Of a stretch of 64,000 nucleotides of DNA, positions 1 to 13,148 are shown piece by piece; the stretch's first letter is position 1, and the number at the start of each line of letters is the position of its first letter. The notes beneath the pieces are model-generated. The model ran no database searches, was not told the DNA's origin, and was given only the letters and a program-made list of their open reading frames with translations. Source of the stretch: Octopus bimaculoides (Eukaryota); NCBI RefSeq assembly GCF_001194135.2, contig NC_068995.1:19449260-19513259 (forward strand), written 5' to 3'. A program made the translations under genes and the position numbers.

Positions 1-641
1 GATAGATAGATAGATATATACATATATATATGAATAAATGGAGCAAAACGCATATGAATAAAATTTCCTTTAATTCCTACATATGTTTCAAAATATATGT
101 GCACCCTACTCCAAAGAAGTAAGAGCTGCTGGAATTCCACATATATTCATCGTCAGGGAACCAACATATAGAAGCAAGACAAATGCGAAATGATGAGGTA
201 ACTTACGAGTTATAATATTATAACTTTATATGTCCAAGTAAGTGACCGTTAGAAGTAAGAACGCTGGTTTACATAGAGTTATAACGGGAGGGGGGCTATA
301 AACGCTATACTAAAGGTTTAAATTAAATGATTAAAATAGAGGGAGGGGGCAAAATGGATCACAGCAACGTAAACTGAAGCCGTAAACTCCAAGCTAATCC
401 AATGTGGAGGAAGGGTGAGTATCAAGAGAGTTCATATATAAAAAAATGTCTCCTTAAGGAAAAAAAAACAATAACACACTAATATCAATCGAAGAAAGTA
501 AATATATATTATAGCATATACATACATATATATGTGTGTGTGTGCGTGCGTGCGTGCGTGCGTGTAAAATATATATGTATATCATATATATAACATTATG
601 CATATATATACATACATATACAAAGGTATACGCGCACACGC

Positions 642-698
<57 letters not shown>

Positions 699-1540
699 CG
701 TGCATGTGTATCTTGATGTCTATTTTTATGTTAATTTATAATAAAATAGTTTTACCTATATTAAACTGAATGATTACTCAATACATTTTTAGATTACGAA
801 CTTATTCTTTAACCACAATTGTATTGGCAGTAAATTGCCATTAAATAATTACAGACACCGGCACACACACACAGACACGCACACACACACACACACACAC
901 ACAGACACACACACATACACACACACACACACACACATACACACCCACTCACACATACCACAGACATGCATACAGTCATCTGATAAGATCCAGAGATTCT
1001 CTGTATAGATGTCACTTCTATACTTAATAGTGCTGAAATGATCGAAAATTACATTCTGATGTCTTAACAGAATGGTTTAAAAAAGGGCTTAAGGTGAGCA
1101 AATATCGAGGCAGTTATACGGTTTAAAAAAATAGATATATTAAATATAACATATTGGGTCTGAAACAAAATACGTATATATGAGTATATGTAAAAATGAA
1201 ATGAAGGAAAAATGGACCATGTGAGAGGATGAACATGCAAGTATAAAGCATATAGATATCTATGTCGATAGATTCAACTTATACAGAATGCAAACTACAG
1301 AGAAAATTTAAGGAGATGAAGTTAGGTGTTATGTCCAAAAGCTGTTTCTAGAGACTGTCGTCTGTGCTTTATATAAGTTGGATCTATTTATAAAATATCT
1401 ATACACTTATACTTAAATAGTAATCGTCTAAATGTCTCCAATCTTTTTGTCTCGTTTTGCATGTAGACATATGTACATATTTTGTATTCTATACCCAATC
1501 TGTTATGATTCATATATCTAATTTCTTTTCCGCATCACTG

Positions 1541-1583
<43 letters not shown>

Positions 1584-1585
1584 TT

Positions 1586-1757
1586 AGGCGCACGAGTGGT
1601 TGTGTGATAAGTAGCTTGCATACCAACCACATGGTTTCTGTTTCAGTCCCACTGCGTGGCACCTTGGGCAAGTGTCTTCTACTATAGCCTCGGGCCGAGC
1701 AACGTCTTGTGAGTGGATTTTGAAGACGGAAACTGAAAGAAGTTCTTCGTATATATG

Positions 1758-1794
<37 letters not shown>

Positions 1795-1985
1795 TTGTGT
1801 TTGTGTTTTCTCCCCAACATCACTTGACATCCAATGCTGGTTTGTTTACGTCCCCGTAACTAGCGGTTCGGCAAAATAGACCGATAGAACAAGTCCTAGG
1901 TTTGCAAAGAGGAAGTCGTTGGTCGATTTACTAAAATGTGGTGCTCCAGCATGGCTGCAGTCAAATCAGAGAGAACGTGAGAGAT
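1586..1985 (+). mobile_element. tRNA-derived SINE family A (octopus OR-type, CORE-like), near full-length, with internal (TA)/(TG) microsatellite
   Basis: Degenerate tRNA-like head (aggcgcacgagtggttgtgtgataagtagc...ggtttctgtttcagtcccactg), CORE-like ccttgggcaagtgtcttctac, internal microsatellite, 3' body shared with several other copies in the window. Confidence 0.85.
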
Positions 1986-4360
1986 TTACGCATATATAAA
2001 AGAACAGTCGTAACATGCTCATGTATACACAGAGACGTATATAGATGTCTATTGCTTATTGTATCGACATATTATTTAAGAGAATACGATTTACTTCATT
2101 AACTCATTAAAGTGTATACTTACAATCTTGCTCATTGGAAATTTCTCATTTCGTTTTAAACTAAACTAGAAAATCAATAACTTTCTCACCTGTAGAATAT
2201 TTTTCTTAACTGTGCTTTGAATATCACAGAGCACGGTAAGTCTTTTGTACTTCTCATGAATTCTCTTTGTTGCTGTTGTTGTTTGCTTTTTATTATTTTT
2301 TTTTTCTTTGCGAAAGGTTAACCGCGATAACGCAGATCTCTAATTCCAAAACATCCCAACTTTGAATAGTTCACCAATTTAAAAATGTGTCGGAGTGCTT
2401 TAAACCCAATAGAATGCATTTGAAAGATATTTTATTAATATTTCTCGCATGTTAGTGTTTCTTCGTTACTGTTTTAGCTTCCAAAAGCTGAGATGATATG
2501 CCACTAATGCGTCATTGTTACCGGAGAGAATGTATTTATCATTTTCTTTTTTTTCTGGCTTTTAATAATTGATCAATTTATCTGTAAGGGGGCAGTTTTC
2601 AAAAACAGCGTGCCATGAGAATTTTAATCCAGTCGAAGCCTTTTTCTCGTCAAGTGTAAAACTAACAAATTTCTAAATGAGAGAATGAGAGAAATCCTAC
2701 TACTGAGTTAGTACTTTTTTTATTAACATCGGAAGGAACAAAAAGAGAATTTGACTTCAATGGGATTAGAATGAATATCATATCGCAATGTTTCCGATGC
2801 TGTATAACGACTCTGCCAACATGCTGTCAAATATGGTTAAATGTTAATCGTTGATTCAGTTCAAGCGTATGAAACACCAAGTAAGCAACATGTACACCGT
2901 ATTATTTGGCGACCGTGATTTAAAAGTGTAGAGATAAACTACTAACAAGCTCCACCGACCTGTACTCAGCTAAATTCGCGAACAAAGGAGTAATTCCTTT
3001 AGTAATTCCTTTAGAAACCTCTGCAATATTTATCGGTTAAATCACACCATAATGAGTAGAAATGAGACGTTATATAATCTAGTTTTAAATACATTATGCC
3101 TGAGAACTAGAGGCACGATGATCAAGATAGAGACATCTTTGATCGTAGCTCATCTCACTCAGAGTTAATCTGGATCTAAGTAACAACAAGTATCATCAGT
3201 TAATTACAAGTAGTGATTAAGTAATACCATACATTAAGTGGATGGTATATGTTATTACTTCAAAAATTTGCAAATGTCGTGTTATCATTTCAAGACAAAA
3301 CACTGCATTACCACTATTCATATACGATGAAAGACGAAATCTATCCAGACTGGACATTTGGATAGTGTAAAACTAACGAGCTATGCGTGCAGAAAATATT
3401 GATTTTTTCACAGCACTGCCACAATATCATATATTTTGAATGTATGGTTATATTCAATAGAATCAATCCAATTACATGATACATACTTATCATATCGACC
3501 CTGGTGGGATGAAAGGCAAAGCCGACACTGACAAGATATGAACTCAGAGCATAAAGAAATATAAATAAAGCATAACCTTTAGTCTATAACTCTACCGTTT
3601 TTACTACACCGTATATTTCGGAGTAGTAAATTATTAACAACAACCCTCAATTGCACGCCCTTTTCGAAATGAATTATTAACTTGAATAATACACACAACA
3701 TTGTGCTACAAGAGTAATTTTATAGGCATACGAACATAGACCTTTCTCTTGGGGATTTAAATACACACAATAATACATAAAATGTATTCATATGCAGGGA
3801 GGCCTGAAGCAATAAAACTATACTAATGACAGCCAAAACAAATATTTGTAGTTTATGTTGGCTAGTAATTGTTGTTGATTATAATTAGCATTTCCTCTGG
3901 GTGCATCTGTATAAAAGTATTTTTTACTTACAATGGTTGTTTTCAGAGATTGTCCCAAGGCTTTAGACACAGATGCCTAGCGGTAACTGGAAAGATTTAC
4001 GTAAAGTTTTATATAATGACAATGATATTACTATAATAACCATGGTAACTAAAAAAATATTTATTTTCCCTTATTATAGTGGTGAGTTTGTAACCTAATG
4101 GATTATCTCACTTACTTATTGTATTAACACTGAAGAATTTGTTTACTTTTCGCGTGTCTACGTAATTGGCATTATCTCCTAATTTTCTGAAACGTAAAGA
4201 AACAAGCAAATATATTTTTTCCTATATCGGATAAATATTTTCCGGGATAAAAGAAGTGTGTGTATCTTTTAAATACTGACTGAAATTAACTTAACACTTA
4301 AAGTCAATGAATCACTCACCAAATATTCCCGAAAGCATAACATAGCATACAAAATGATTA

Positions 4361-4784
4361 TTTTGTACTCTAGGCACAGGGCTCGAAATTTTGAGGAAGG
4401 GGTCCAGTCGATTAGATTGACCCTAGTACGCAGTAGTACTTAATTTATTGACTCCAAAAGGACGAAAGGTAATGTCGACCTCGGCGGAATTTGAACTCAG
4501 AACGAAAAGTCTGACGAAATACCGCTAAGCATTTCGCCCGGTATGTTAACGTTTCAAAATGTTTTTATTGCCCGCAAGGGTCTAAACACAGAGGGGACAA
4601 ACAAAGACAGACAAAGGGATTAAGTCGATTATATCGACCTCAGTGTTCAATTGGTATTTAATTAATCGACCGCAAAAGGATGAAAGGCACAGTCGACCTC
4701 GGCGAAATTTGAACTCAAAACGTGACGGTAGACGAAATACCGCTAAGCATTTCGCCCGGTGTGCTAACGTTTCTGCCAGTTCGC
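4361..4784 (-). mobile_element. Two head-to-tail copies of tRNA-derived SINE family B
   Basis: Both copies carry ggatgaaaggc..gtcgacctcggcg.aatttgaactca..acg...gacgaaataccgctaagcatttcgcccgg, the reverse complement of a B-box GTTCAAATTCC head. Their 3' tails differ. Confidence 0.85.
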
Positions 4785-7700
4785 AATGTAATTGACGGAC
4801 ACATCACGTAATATGCAGATCGATAATGTAAAATGACGGATGCTCAAGGTTAGAAACTTCTAGATTATAGGTCTGCTGGGCCATATTAAAACTTGAGCAT
4901 AAAAAATAACAAAATCTAAAGTAGGGCTACGAAGAGACCGCCCAGGTAGTTACTCAACTTACAAGCAATAGCAACAATATCCCTCTAAATTTCGCTAATT
5001 ACCGTCTTGAAAACTCAAAAGAACTTCCAATGTCTGAAAATTAGATGAGGCACTCACGACTGGAATTTTTTTGATTTGATGATTGTCCTGCGCATTAAAC
5101 GCATAAACAAATTACGTCTCAGTAAACTCAACCGATTAAAATTACGTATTGCAGACATGTGCCATTTCAAAACACCATCGACAATAACATGATATGAAGT
5201 ACGAATCACAAAGCTAGTCGTCCACAACACGATCCCTGCAACCATACGCTTTTATCCAAGACGAATTTTGAATTTCTTCAAACAATTTCTATATCAGGGC
5301 ATGCAATCCATAAAATATTGCGTATTAACTGCTTACTGCAGCGAGCAGTACACATTAATGATGCTTCTGCGCAAATAATTGCTCGAGATCAAAGATAGAT
5401 AATTCAGTTAGATAGCCTGAAACATTGTTTACTTTGATATATGAAGCATCTGTCATGACACTAGAACGAATGACAGCTCATTCATCTTTTTGTTTTTTTC
5501 CTTATTTCCACACTTTCAGTCTAAAGGCAAGGGCGGAAAACATAGATTCTTCTTTCTTTGTTTCAAAGGAACTCATAGAGCTCACATACCGAACTCTCTT
5601 ATAAATTATCTGTTGCCAATGCTATCACTAGTTTCAATGGATTTACCAAGTTTTAAACTAAATTTTGTACGACTGAAATCGAAACATCCATGAGTATGGC
5701 AGTAAGCAAGCTACATTAATATATCAAAATTGATACTATAATTATCTAAGAATAAAAGGAGAGTAACTTAGATGTTCACAGCGATCACTTGCGAGCAAAA
5801 ATGACTTGGTAGAGAATTTCGTGATTCTGCTAAATGTTTAAAGTATTCATGTATTTTCCAGTATTCATTGATATCCTGCCACAGTAAGATAGTCGAGGTT
5901 TTTGTCAATTTTCTGTAGGTTTGTAAGAGGTGTTTGAAGTAACTGTGTTGCTGCAAATTAAGCCATTTCGTAATGTAGTCATATATATATATATATATAT
6001 ATATATNNNNNNNNNNNNNNNNNNNNNNNNNNNNNNNNNNNNNNNNNNNNNNNNNNNNNNNNNNNNNNNNNNNNNNNNNNNNNNNNNNNNNNNNNNNNNN
6101 NNNNNNNNNNNNNNNNNNNNNNNNNNNNNNNNNNNNNNNNNNNNNNNNNNNNNNNNNNNNNNNNNNNNNNNNNNNNNNNNNNNNNNNNNNNNNNNNNNNN
6201 NNNNNNNNNNNNNNNNNNNNNNNNNNNNNNNNTAAACAAACTTCTTAAATACAACAACATATATAAATGAAGTTTATTTTTCCTTTTTGGGAGCGGTCAA
6301 TGTGTAACGTATCATATAGACAAGAAAGTAATATTTCAAACGTAGTATAACCGTGAAAAGAATCCTTCAACTATTTTCACGGCCATACTGCGTTCGAAAT
6401 ATTTATTTCTTGTTTGTATCATACGATACAAATTCGACGTCTCCAAACACAAAGACAAGTGTGTGTGTGTGTGTGTGTGTGTGTATGCATATGTATGTGT
6501 ATGGTGGCTGGTATTTGAGTGTGCGTGCCTATGTGTGATTTAATGAAGGAATATTCCCATCCTCAGATAACTCTGTTATTTCATCAACTATGTTGATAAA
6601 ATGTTCACAAAACATTTGATGCGCCATTTCACTTCATAGTTATTATATCGATATATAGACAAATGCAAATACCAACTATAAAGGCAGGTATCTGATATAT
6701 TGTATCAAATGCTCATATTATCAACAAATATATAGTCATCCGACTGGAAAATACGTTATAAGAACGCGCGAAAATACACTTATAGCAGTTAAGAAAGCCT
6801 CGAATCAGGCGCATCACCTAAGTAGATATATTTAAGCATGCTGCAAAAATAATTTTCGATTTAACGTAGTTTATGCTTCTAATAAGTTTAAAAGACGTGA
6901 AAAAAAGTTACTCAAGGAATTTCAAACAGTACTATTGTTTTGAATTTGGTTTCATTTAAAAACACATCTCCTGCAGAAAATAGTATCATATGACATAACA
7001 TCATGCGGGTTACCTTATATTAGTAGTAGCTACAGCTCCTTAGTAAATGTAAATATTCATTGAACTATTCATATAATTGTAGCTAAAATATCCCCATAAA
7101 AGTAGATATCTAGCTATAACTATTATTATATAATATTCACCATGAGGACCTGCAAAAGCATGAAAGTACTTGTGAGAATACAAAAGGAAAAAATTAAATG
7201 CTTGGAACACACGAGTTGGAAATTGAAACTAAACATATATATNNNNNNNNNNNNNNNNNNNNNNNNNNNNNNNNNNNNNNNNNNNNNNNNNNNNNNNNNN
7301 NNNNNNNNNNNNNNNNNNNNNNNNNNNNNNNNNNNNNNNNNNNNNNNNNNNNNNNNNNNNNNNNNNNNNNNNNNNNNNNNNNNNNNNNNNNNNNNNNNNN
7401 NNNNNNNNNNNNNNNNNNNNNNNNNNNNNNNNNNNNNNNNNNNNNNNNNNNNNNNNNNNNNNNNNNNNNNNNNNNNNNNNNNNNNNNNNNNNNNNNNNNN
7501 NNNNNNNNNNNNNNNNNNNNNNNNNNNNNNNNNNNNNNNNNNNNNNNNNNNNNNNNNNNNNNNNNNNNNNNNNNNNNNNNNNNNNNNNNNNNNNNNNNNN
7601 NNNNNNNNNNNNNNNNNNNNNNNNNNNNNNNNNNNNNNNNNNNNNNNNNNNNNNNNNNNNNNNNNNNNNNNNNNNNNNNNNNNNNNNNNNNNNNNNNNNN

Positions 7701-8249
7701 NNNNNNNNNNNNNNNNNNNNNNNNNNNNNNNNNNNNNNNNNNNNNNNNNNNNNNNNNNNNNNNNNNNNNNNNNNNNNNNNNNNNNNNNNNNNNNNNNNNN
7801 NNNNNNNNNNNNNNNNNNNNNNNNNNNNNNNNNNNNNNNNNNNNNNNNNNNNNNNNNNNNNNNNNNNNNNNNNNNNNNNNNNNNNNNNNNNNNNNNNNNN
7901 NNNNNNNNNNNNNNNNNNNNNNNNNNNNNNNNNNNAAATGAATATATACATATATACATAATATATACACGTTTGTAGATGTATATGCATCTATAGAATA
8001 TCACACAAATTTAAATTATAATGTATTTAATGAAATATTAATATTTTTGCTTATCATGTGCAATATTAGCAAAAATTTAGTGAATAGGGGGAACGAATTG
8101 GGCTATATTTATACATGAATAAATGCATATATACTCGATTGTAGTCTTCTGTAGTCCGATAAGGGGAATTCAGCGTTCTCTTTCAGTACCCCTAGCACAA
8201 ATGATTTATTTCTAGTCATCAAATGTATGTGTTTTATATCAGCTCAATC

Positions 8250-8420
8250 ACTCCAACAAATCGCCGTTGCTTGAACAGGCGTAGGCAGTACAACCTGTCA
8301 GACGTCGAACTGATTGCAGCGCAACTTGAAGTATTCTGCCCAAGAACACAACGCACCATTCGGTCAAGGAATTGAAACCACGATCTCTTGATCGTGTGTG
8401 CAACATCCTAACCACTAGTC
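8250..8420 (-). mobile_element. tRNA-derived SINE fragment (family D head)
   Basis: Reverse complement reads tagtggttaggatgttgcacacacgatc...gtggtttcaattcc...tgtgttcttgggcag: A box, B box and a central ttgggca motif. Head resembles the copy at 62687. Confidence 0.65.
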
Positions 8421-8841
8421 GATACACATACATGCGTATATACATGCATAAACACGCGCATATATATGCATACACAGGTATCTACATGTATACATGCTAA
8501 AAACACACGCTGAAAAAATTTATAAACATGGACTCACATGAATTGCGCTTCAAAATGAGGCCTACCTATATGTATCCTGTTATCCGATCAAAAGAATTTC
8601 ATTGTCATGGCATTAGTGTGCATATGGAAGAGTATTCCATAGCTGCGAGTAGCCGTAATCTAATTATTATTAAATAGAATCAGTGCGAAATTGTAATAAG
8701 GTTGGACTACAGTATTACAAATGCAAACCGTCCAGCGGCCTATCGAACATGGATATATTCATATATTACACAATTTCCTCTAGAGGAAGCTAGAAATATC
8801 ATTATTCTCTCTCTGTCTCCGTTTGTTTGATTGTTGGTCTC

Positions 8842-8886
<45 letters not shown>

Positions 8887-9342
8887 NNNNNNNNNNNNNN
8901 NNNNNNNNNNNNNNNNNNNNNNNNNNNNNNNNNNNNNNNNNNNNNNNNNNNNNNNNNNNNNNNNNNNNNNNNNNNNNNNNNNNNNNNNNNNNNNNNNNNN
9001 NNNNNNNNNNNNNNNNNNNNNNNNNNNNNNNNNNNNNNNNNNNNNNNNNNNNNNNNNNNNNNNNNNNNNNNNNNNNNNNNNNNNNNNNNNNNNNNNNNNN
9101 NNNNNNNNNNNNNNNNNNNNNNNNNNNNNNNNNNNNNNNNNNNNNNNNNNNNNNNNNNNNNNNNNNNNNNNNNNNNNNNNNNNNNNNNNNNNNNNNNNNN
9201 NNNNNNNNNNNNNNNNNNNNNNNNNNNNNNNNNNNNNNNNNNNNNNNNNNNNNNNNNNNNNNNNNNNNNNNNNNNNNNNNNNNNNNNNNNNNNNNNNNNN
9301 NNNNNNNNNNNNNNNNNNNNNNNNNNNNNNNNNNNNNNNNNN

Positions 9343-9389
<47 letters not shown>

Positions 9390-9851
9390 CACGCACACAA
9401 GTATTCACACATACATGTATGCATGCATACATTTCTAAATACTTACGTACATATATATTGCTTATACACATACAATTACTCTTTCTATGTTTATTTATTG
9501 CGAACCAGAGAAGAATTATCGATAGAAAATATATTGGGTAGATGCACATTTAGTTTTCTTTTCCTTAAGGAAAACATTCTCAGTTTATAAATTCTAAACT
9601 CATTTCAAAAATATCTCTGACGTAATTGGACGTGAAATGTTTCCAATCCTGATGGAAATCCAACTCACGCATCCTCCATTTGCTTATTATTGACGTTTTT
9701 TGCAACCTTCAGTATACAACGCGATAATAATGGGAAGTAAGAAAAAAAATGACCTCAATATTACACAATGTATTGTACGTTTTTATTGCATACATCTGAT
9801 GTTGCTTTTAATATTAGCATTATTATTACTATTATTGTTCTTGATGCTGTT

Positions 9852-10076
9852 AAGGAAGCGAGGTGGTAGAATCGTCAGCACGCCGGGGGGAAATGCTTAG
9901 CAGCATATCGACTGCTTTTAACATCTGAGTTCAAATTCCACCGAAGTCGACTTTGCCTTTCATCTCTACTGGGTCGATAAAATAAACACCAACTGAACAT
10001 TGATGACGATATAATCGATGATTTCCACGCCACCAAATTTCATGGCTTGTGCCTATACTAGAAAGCATCGTTGTTG

Positions 10077-10119
<43 letters not shown>

Positions 10120-10335
10120 CATTTAAGGCGGCGAGCAGGTAGAATTGTTTGCAGCCGGGCGAAATGCTTAGCGGTATTTCATTTGCCGCTTCGTTCTGAG
10201 TTCAAATTCCACTGTGGTCGACTTTGCCATTCATCATTTCGGGGTCTATAAATTAAGTACCAGTGAAACACTGGATCGATGTAAACAACTTATCCCCACC
10301 CCCAAAATGACTGCCCTTGTGGCAAAATTTGAAAC

Positions 10336-10386
<51 letters not shown>

Positions 10387-10590
10387 GGCCGGGAATCGTT
10401 AGCATGCTGGAAAAATTGGTTTCAGGGCATCTCTTTCTGCATTGCGTTGAGAGTTCAAATTCCACCGAGACCGATTTCGCCTTATGATAATTTTGGGCTC
10501 GGTAAAATGAGTGTCAGCTGAGCACGGAGGTAGATGTAACAGATTATTTCCCTTCCCAAAACTTTAAGGCCTTTAATCCATAGCAGAGAA
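9852..10590 (+). mobile_element. Three tandem SINE family B copies separated by (TAT)n tails
   Basis: Copies at about 9852-10066, 10126-10337 and 10386-10590. Each has the aatgcttagc / gagttcaaattcc / tttgcctttcatc modules or degenerate versions; the first two end in (TAT)n tracts. Confidence 0.85.
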
Positions 10591-10607
10591 GTTATTGATA
10601 TTATTAC

Positions 10608-10673
<66 letters not shown>

Positions 10674-10726
10674 ATGGTAGTAGTAGCAGTAGTAGTAATG
10701 GTAGAAGTAGTTGCAGCGGCAGCAGC

Positions 10727-10764
<38 letters not shown>

Positions 10765-10779
10765 CAGTAGTAGAAGAAA

Positions 10780-10820
<41 letters not shown>

Positions 10821-10835
10821 GTAGTGGTAGTAGTA
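10608..10835. repeat. (AGT)n/(AGC)n compound trinucleotide microsatellite
   Basis: Directly visible. It produces the poly-S/T/L/V pseudo-ORFs in the track. Confidence 0.95.
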
Positions 10836-11419
10836 GAATTTTCTCGAACAGTAAGAAGCAAGTATACACCTATGTACTTATGTTAAAAATGAAGCGATTG
10901 TATTTGCTAGGCTGTTTTTGCAATTCTGATATTTAATTTTACAAATTTAGCCAAACAAAAAACGGCAGCATGCATTGTCAGAAAACTCGTCGATTGAAAA
11001 GCAGTCCAGCAGATGGCAAGCCGGCTTCCTGTCTAACATCTTATGTAAACTTCCTGATAGGATTTTATTTAGATTTACCTCAACGATGAACGCAATTAGC
11101 TGAGTCTTTCAACGTTAAAAAGAATTATAATTAATTTAAGTGTGTTTGTGTGTGCCAGCGTGTGCATGTGTGTTTGTGTGTGTGTTTGCGTGTGTATGAA
11201 TGCGTACGTGTGTCTGTAGGCTCAGAGGTACGTATGTGGGCATATGCATGTGTATAAGTGAGTGGAAGGCGGAGAAGGGGGTTACTAGGCAGTAATAACA
11301 ATATCAACATGAAAAGCGCTCCGAAGCTATTAAATTAACTGCGTGGATGCATGAATCGAATTCCAAGTTGTTGTTGTTTTTGTTAGTGTTGTTGTTGCTG
11401 CTGTTCTTCTTCTTCTTAT

Positions 11420-11502
11420 CTTCATCATCATCATCAACATCATCATCATCATCATCATCATTATCATCATCATCATCATCATCAGCATCATCATCATCAT
11501 CA
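11420..11502. repeat. (CAT)n microsatellite
   Basis: Directly visible interrupted tcatcatca tract. Confidence 0.95.
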
Positions 11503-11894
11503 TTGTTTCTATCATTATCATTTTTATTATTTTACTTCCTATCATAATCGAATATATAATAAACGCAATACAACAAAATGTGATAAACGAAAATATATAA
11601 TAAATATACATATATTAATATAGTATCAAAAATAATATAAATATAAATGAATATTTTAAATATATTTCTGTTATAACATTTGGAATTTCCAACAACGTTA
11701 ACAAAACCTTTGTTTATTAATATCTTCTAACTTTTTATATAAAATATTCATCTTATTATTCCGTCTTTCCTTATTTTGCATAGCATTATTAGATGTTGAC
11801 TGAGAAATTTTAGATTTGTTTGAATTCGTTTCAAAATCGAGGGTGATTTTATAAACGTGGATGGAGTTATTTGTCAACTTGTATTTTGTTATAT

Positions 11895-12105
11895 TCTCTC
11901 TTTTATTCTTTTACTTGTTTCAGTCATTTGTCTGTGACTATGCTGGAGCGCCGCCTTTAGTCGAGCTAATCGACCCTAGGACTTATTCTCTGTAAGCCTA
12001 GTACTTATTCTATCGGTTTCTTTTGTCGAACCGTTAAGTTACGGGGATGTAAACACACCAGCATCGGTTATCAAGCGATGTTGGGGGACAAACACAGACA
12101 CATAC
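11895..12105 (-). mobile_element. SINE family A, 3' half
   Basis: ttttacttgtttcagtcattt...gcctttagtcgagc..atcgacc..ggacttattc...gtaaacacaccagcatcgg, matching copies at 20925, 51780, 58625 and 63885. Confidence 0.85.
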
Positions 12106-12157
12106 ACACATACATACATGCATACATACATACATACATACATACATGCATACAAAC

Positions 12158-12200
<43 letters not shown>

Positions 12201-12247
12201 TATATATATAGATATATATGTATGTATGTATATATATATATATATAT

Positions 12248-12298
<51 letters not shown>

Positions 12299-12301
12299 TG
12301 C

Positions 12302-12346
<45 letters not shown>

Positions 12347-12520
12347 ACGAAGAGCTGGCAAACCCATCAGCATGCAGGGCAAAATCGCGCCGAGTGCATC
12401 TTTGCCTTTCAGCTTTTTGAGGTCGATAAAAATAAGTATCAGTTGATCACTGGGGTTGATGTCATCGACTTACCTCCACCTCAGAGCATGCTGGCCTAGT
12501 ACCGAAACTTGAAACCAATA
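12347..12520 (+). mobile_element. SINE family B copy (internally deleted)
   Basis: gagctggca...tttgcctttca...ggtcgataaaaataagtatcag...ctggggttgatgt...gcctagtaccgaaacttgaaacc. Confidence 0.7.
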
Positions 12521-12903
12521 AAATGCGATCTGGAGTTAGATAACAAAAATGTATGTCTTTTCTCTTTAATGCATAAATTATTACATTAAAAGATATTGCA
12601 TGCTCTATTACATTTATACTGTCGCGGTTATCAATGCGTCTTACAGTTTATCAAGACGAGGTATTCACACCTGCCACATGCAATGAGCTCTAGCACAAAA
12701 GAAAAAAAGAATACATAAGTTTTATATGATTACCAGTGGTATCGCATTGCAATAAAGAAAAACTTAGAGTAAAATTAATAAATGGTGTTCTTGACAATGT
12801 GCGAATCAAAAATAAGCAAATCTAAAAACGGTCTATTTAATGAGCAATGGTATTTATCATATGGCTTCTTCAAATATAGCAACGTATTACACGCACTAGA
12901 GAA

Positions 12904-13148
12904 CAGTCGTTCTCAACTGGATCAATACGACCCTTGGGGACGAAGGCCCATATGAGATTTTGTTGTTAAAATTTGTGCAATAAATTGTTGATAGTTCGAC
13001 AATAAACAAAATATTTTAGCAATTTACTTATACAATTTTTTAATTATAAAAATATGATAGGATTTTTAAATCATAGAGTTATGAGAGCTCACTTGATTAA
13101 AGTAGGAATTAAAGGCGTTTATAAGCAAAAATTGGCTGGGAACCATTA
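12904..13148. mobile_element. Non-autonomous hAT-type MITE
   Basis: Termini cagtcgttctcaac and gggaaccatta (degenerate CAGTGGTTC TIR). The 8-bp flanks ctagagaa and ctatagag match at 6/8, consistent with an old hAT TSD. Related copy in the opposite orientation at 18298-18557. Confidence 0.75.

Noticed and set aside
1586-1670. tRNA gene (also at the heads of other SINE copies)
   Set aside because: A/B-box-like motifs continue into SINE bodies and do not fold into a complete cloverleaf.
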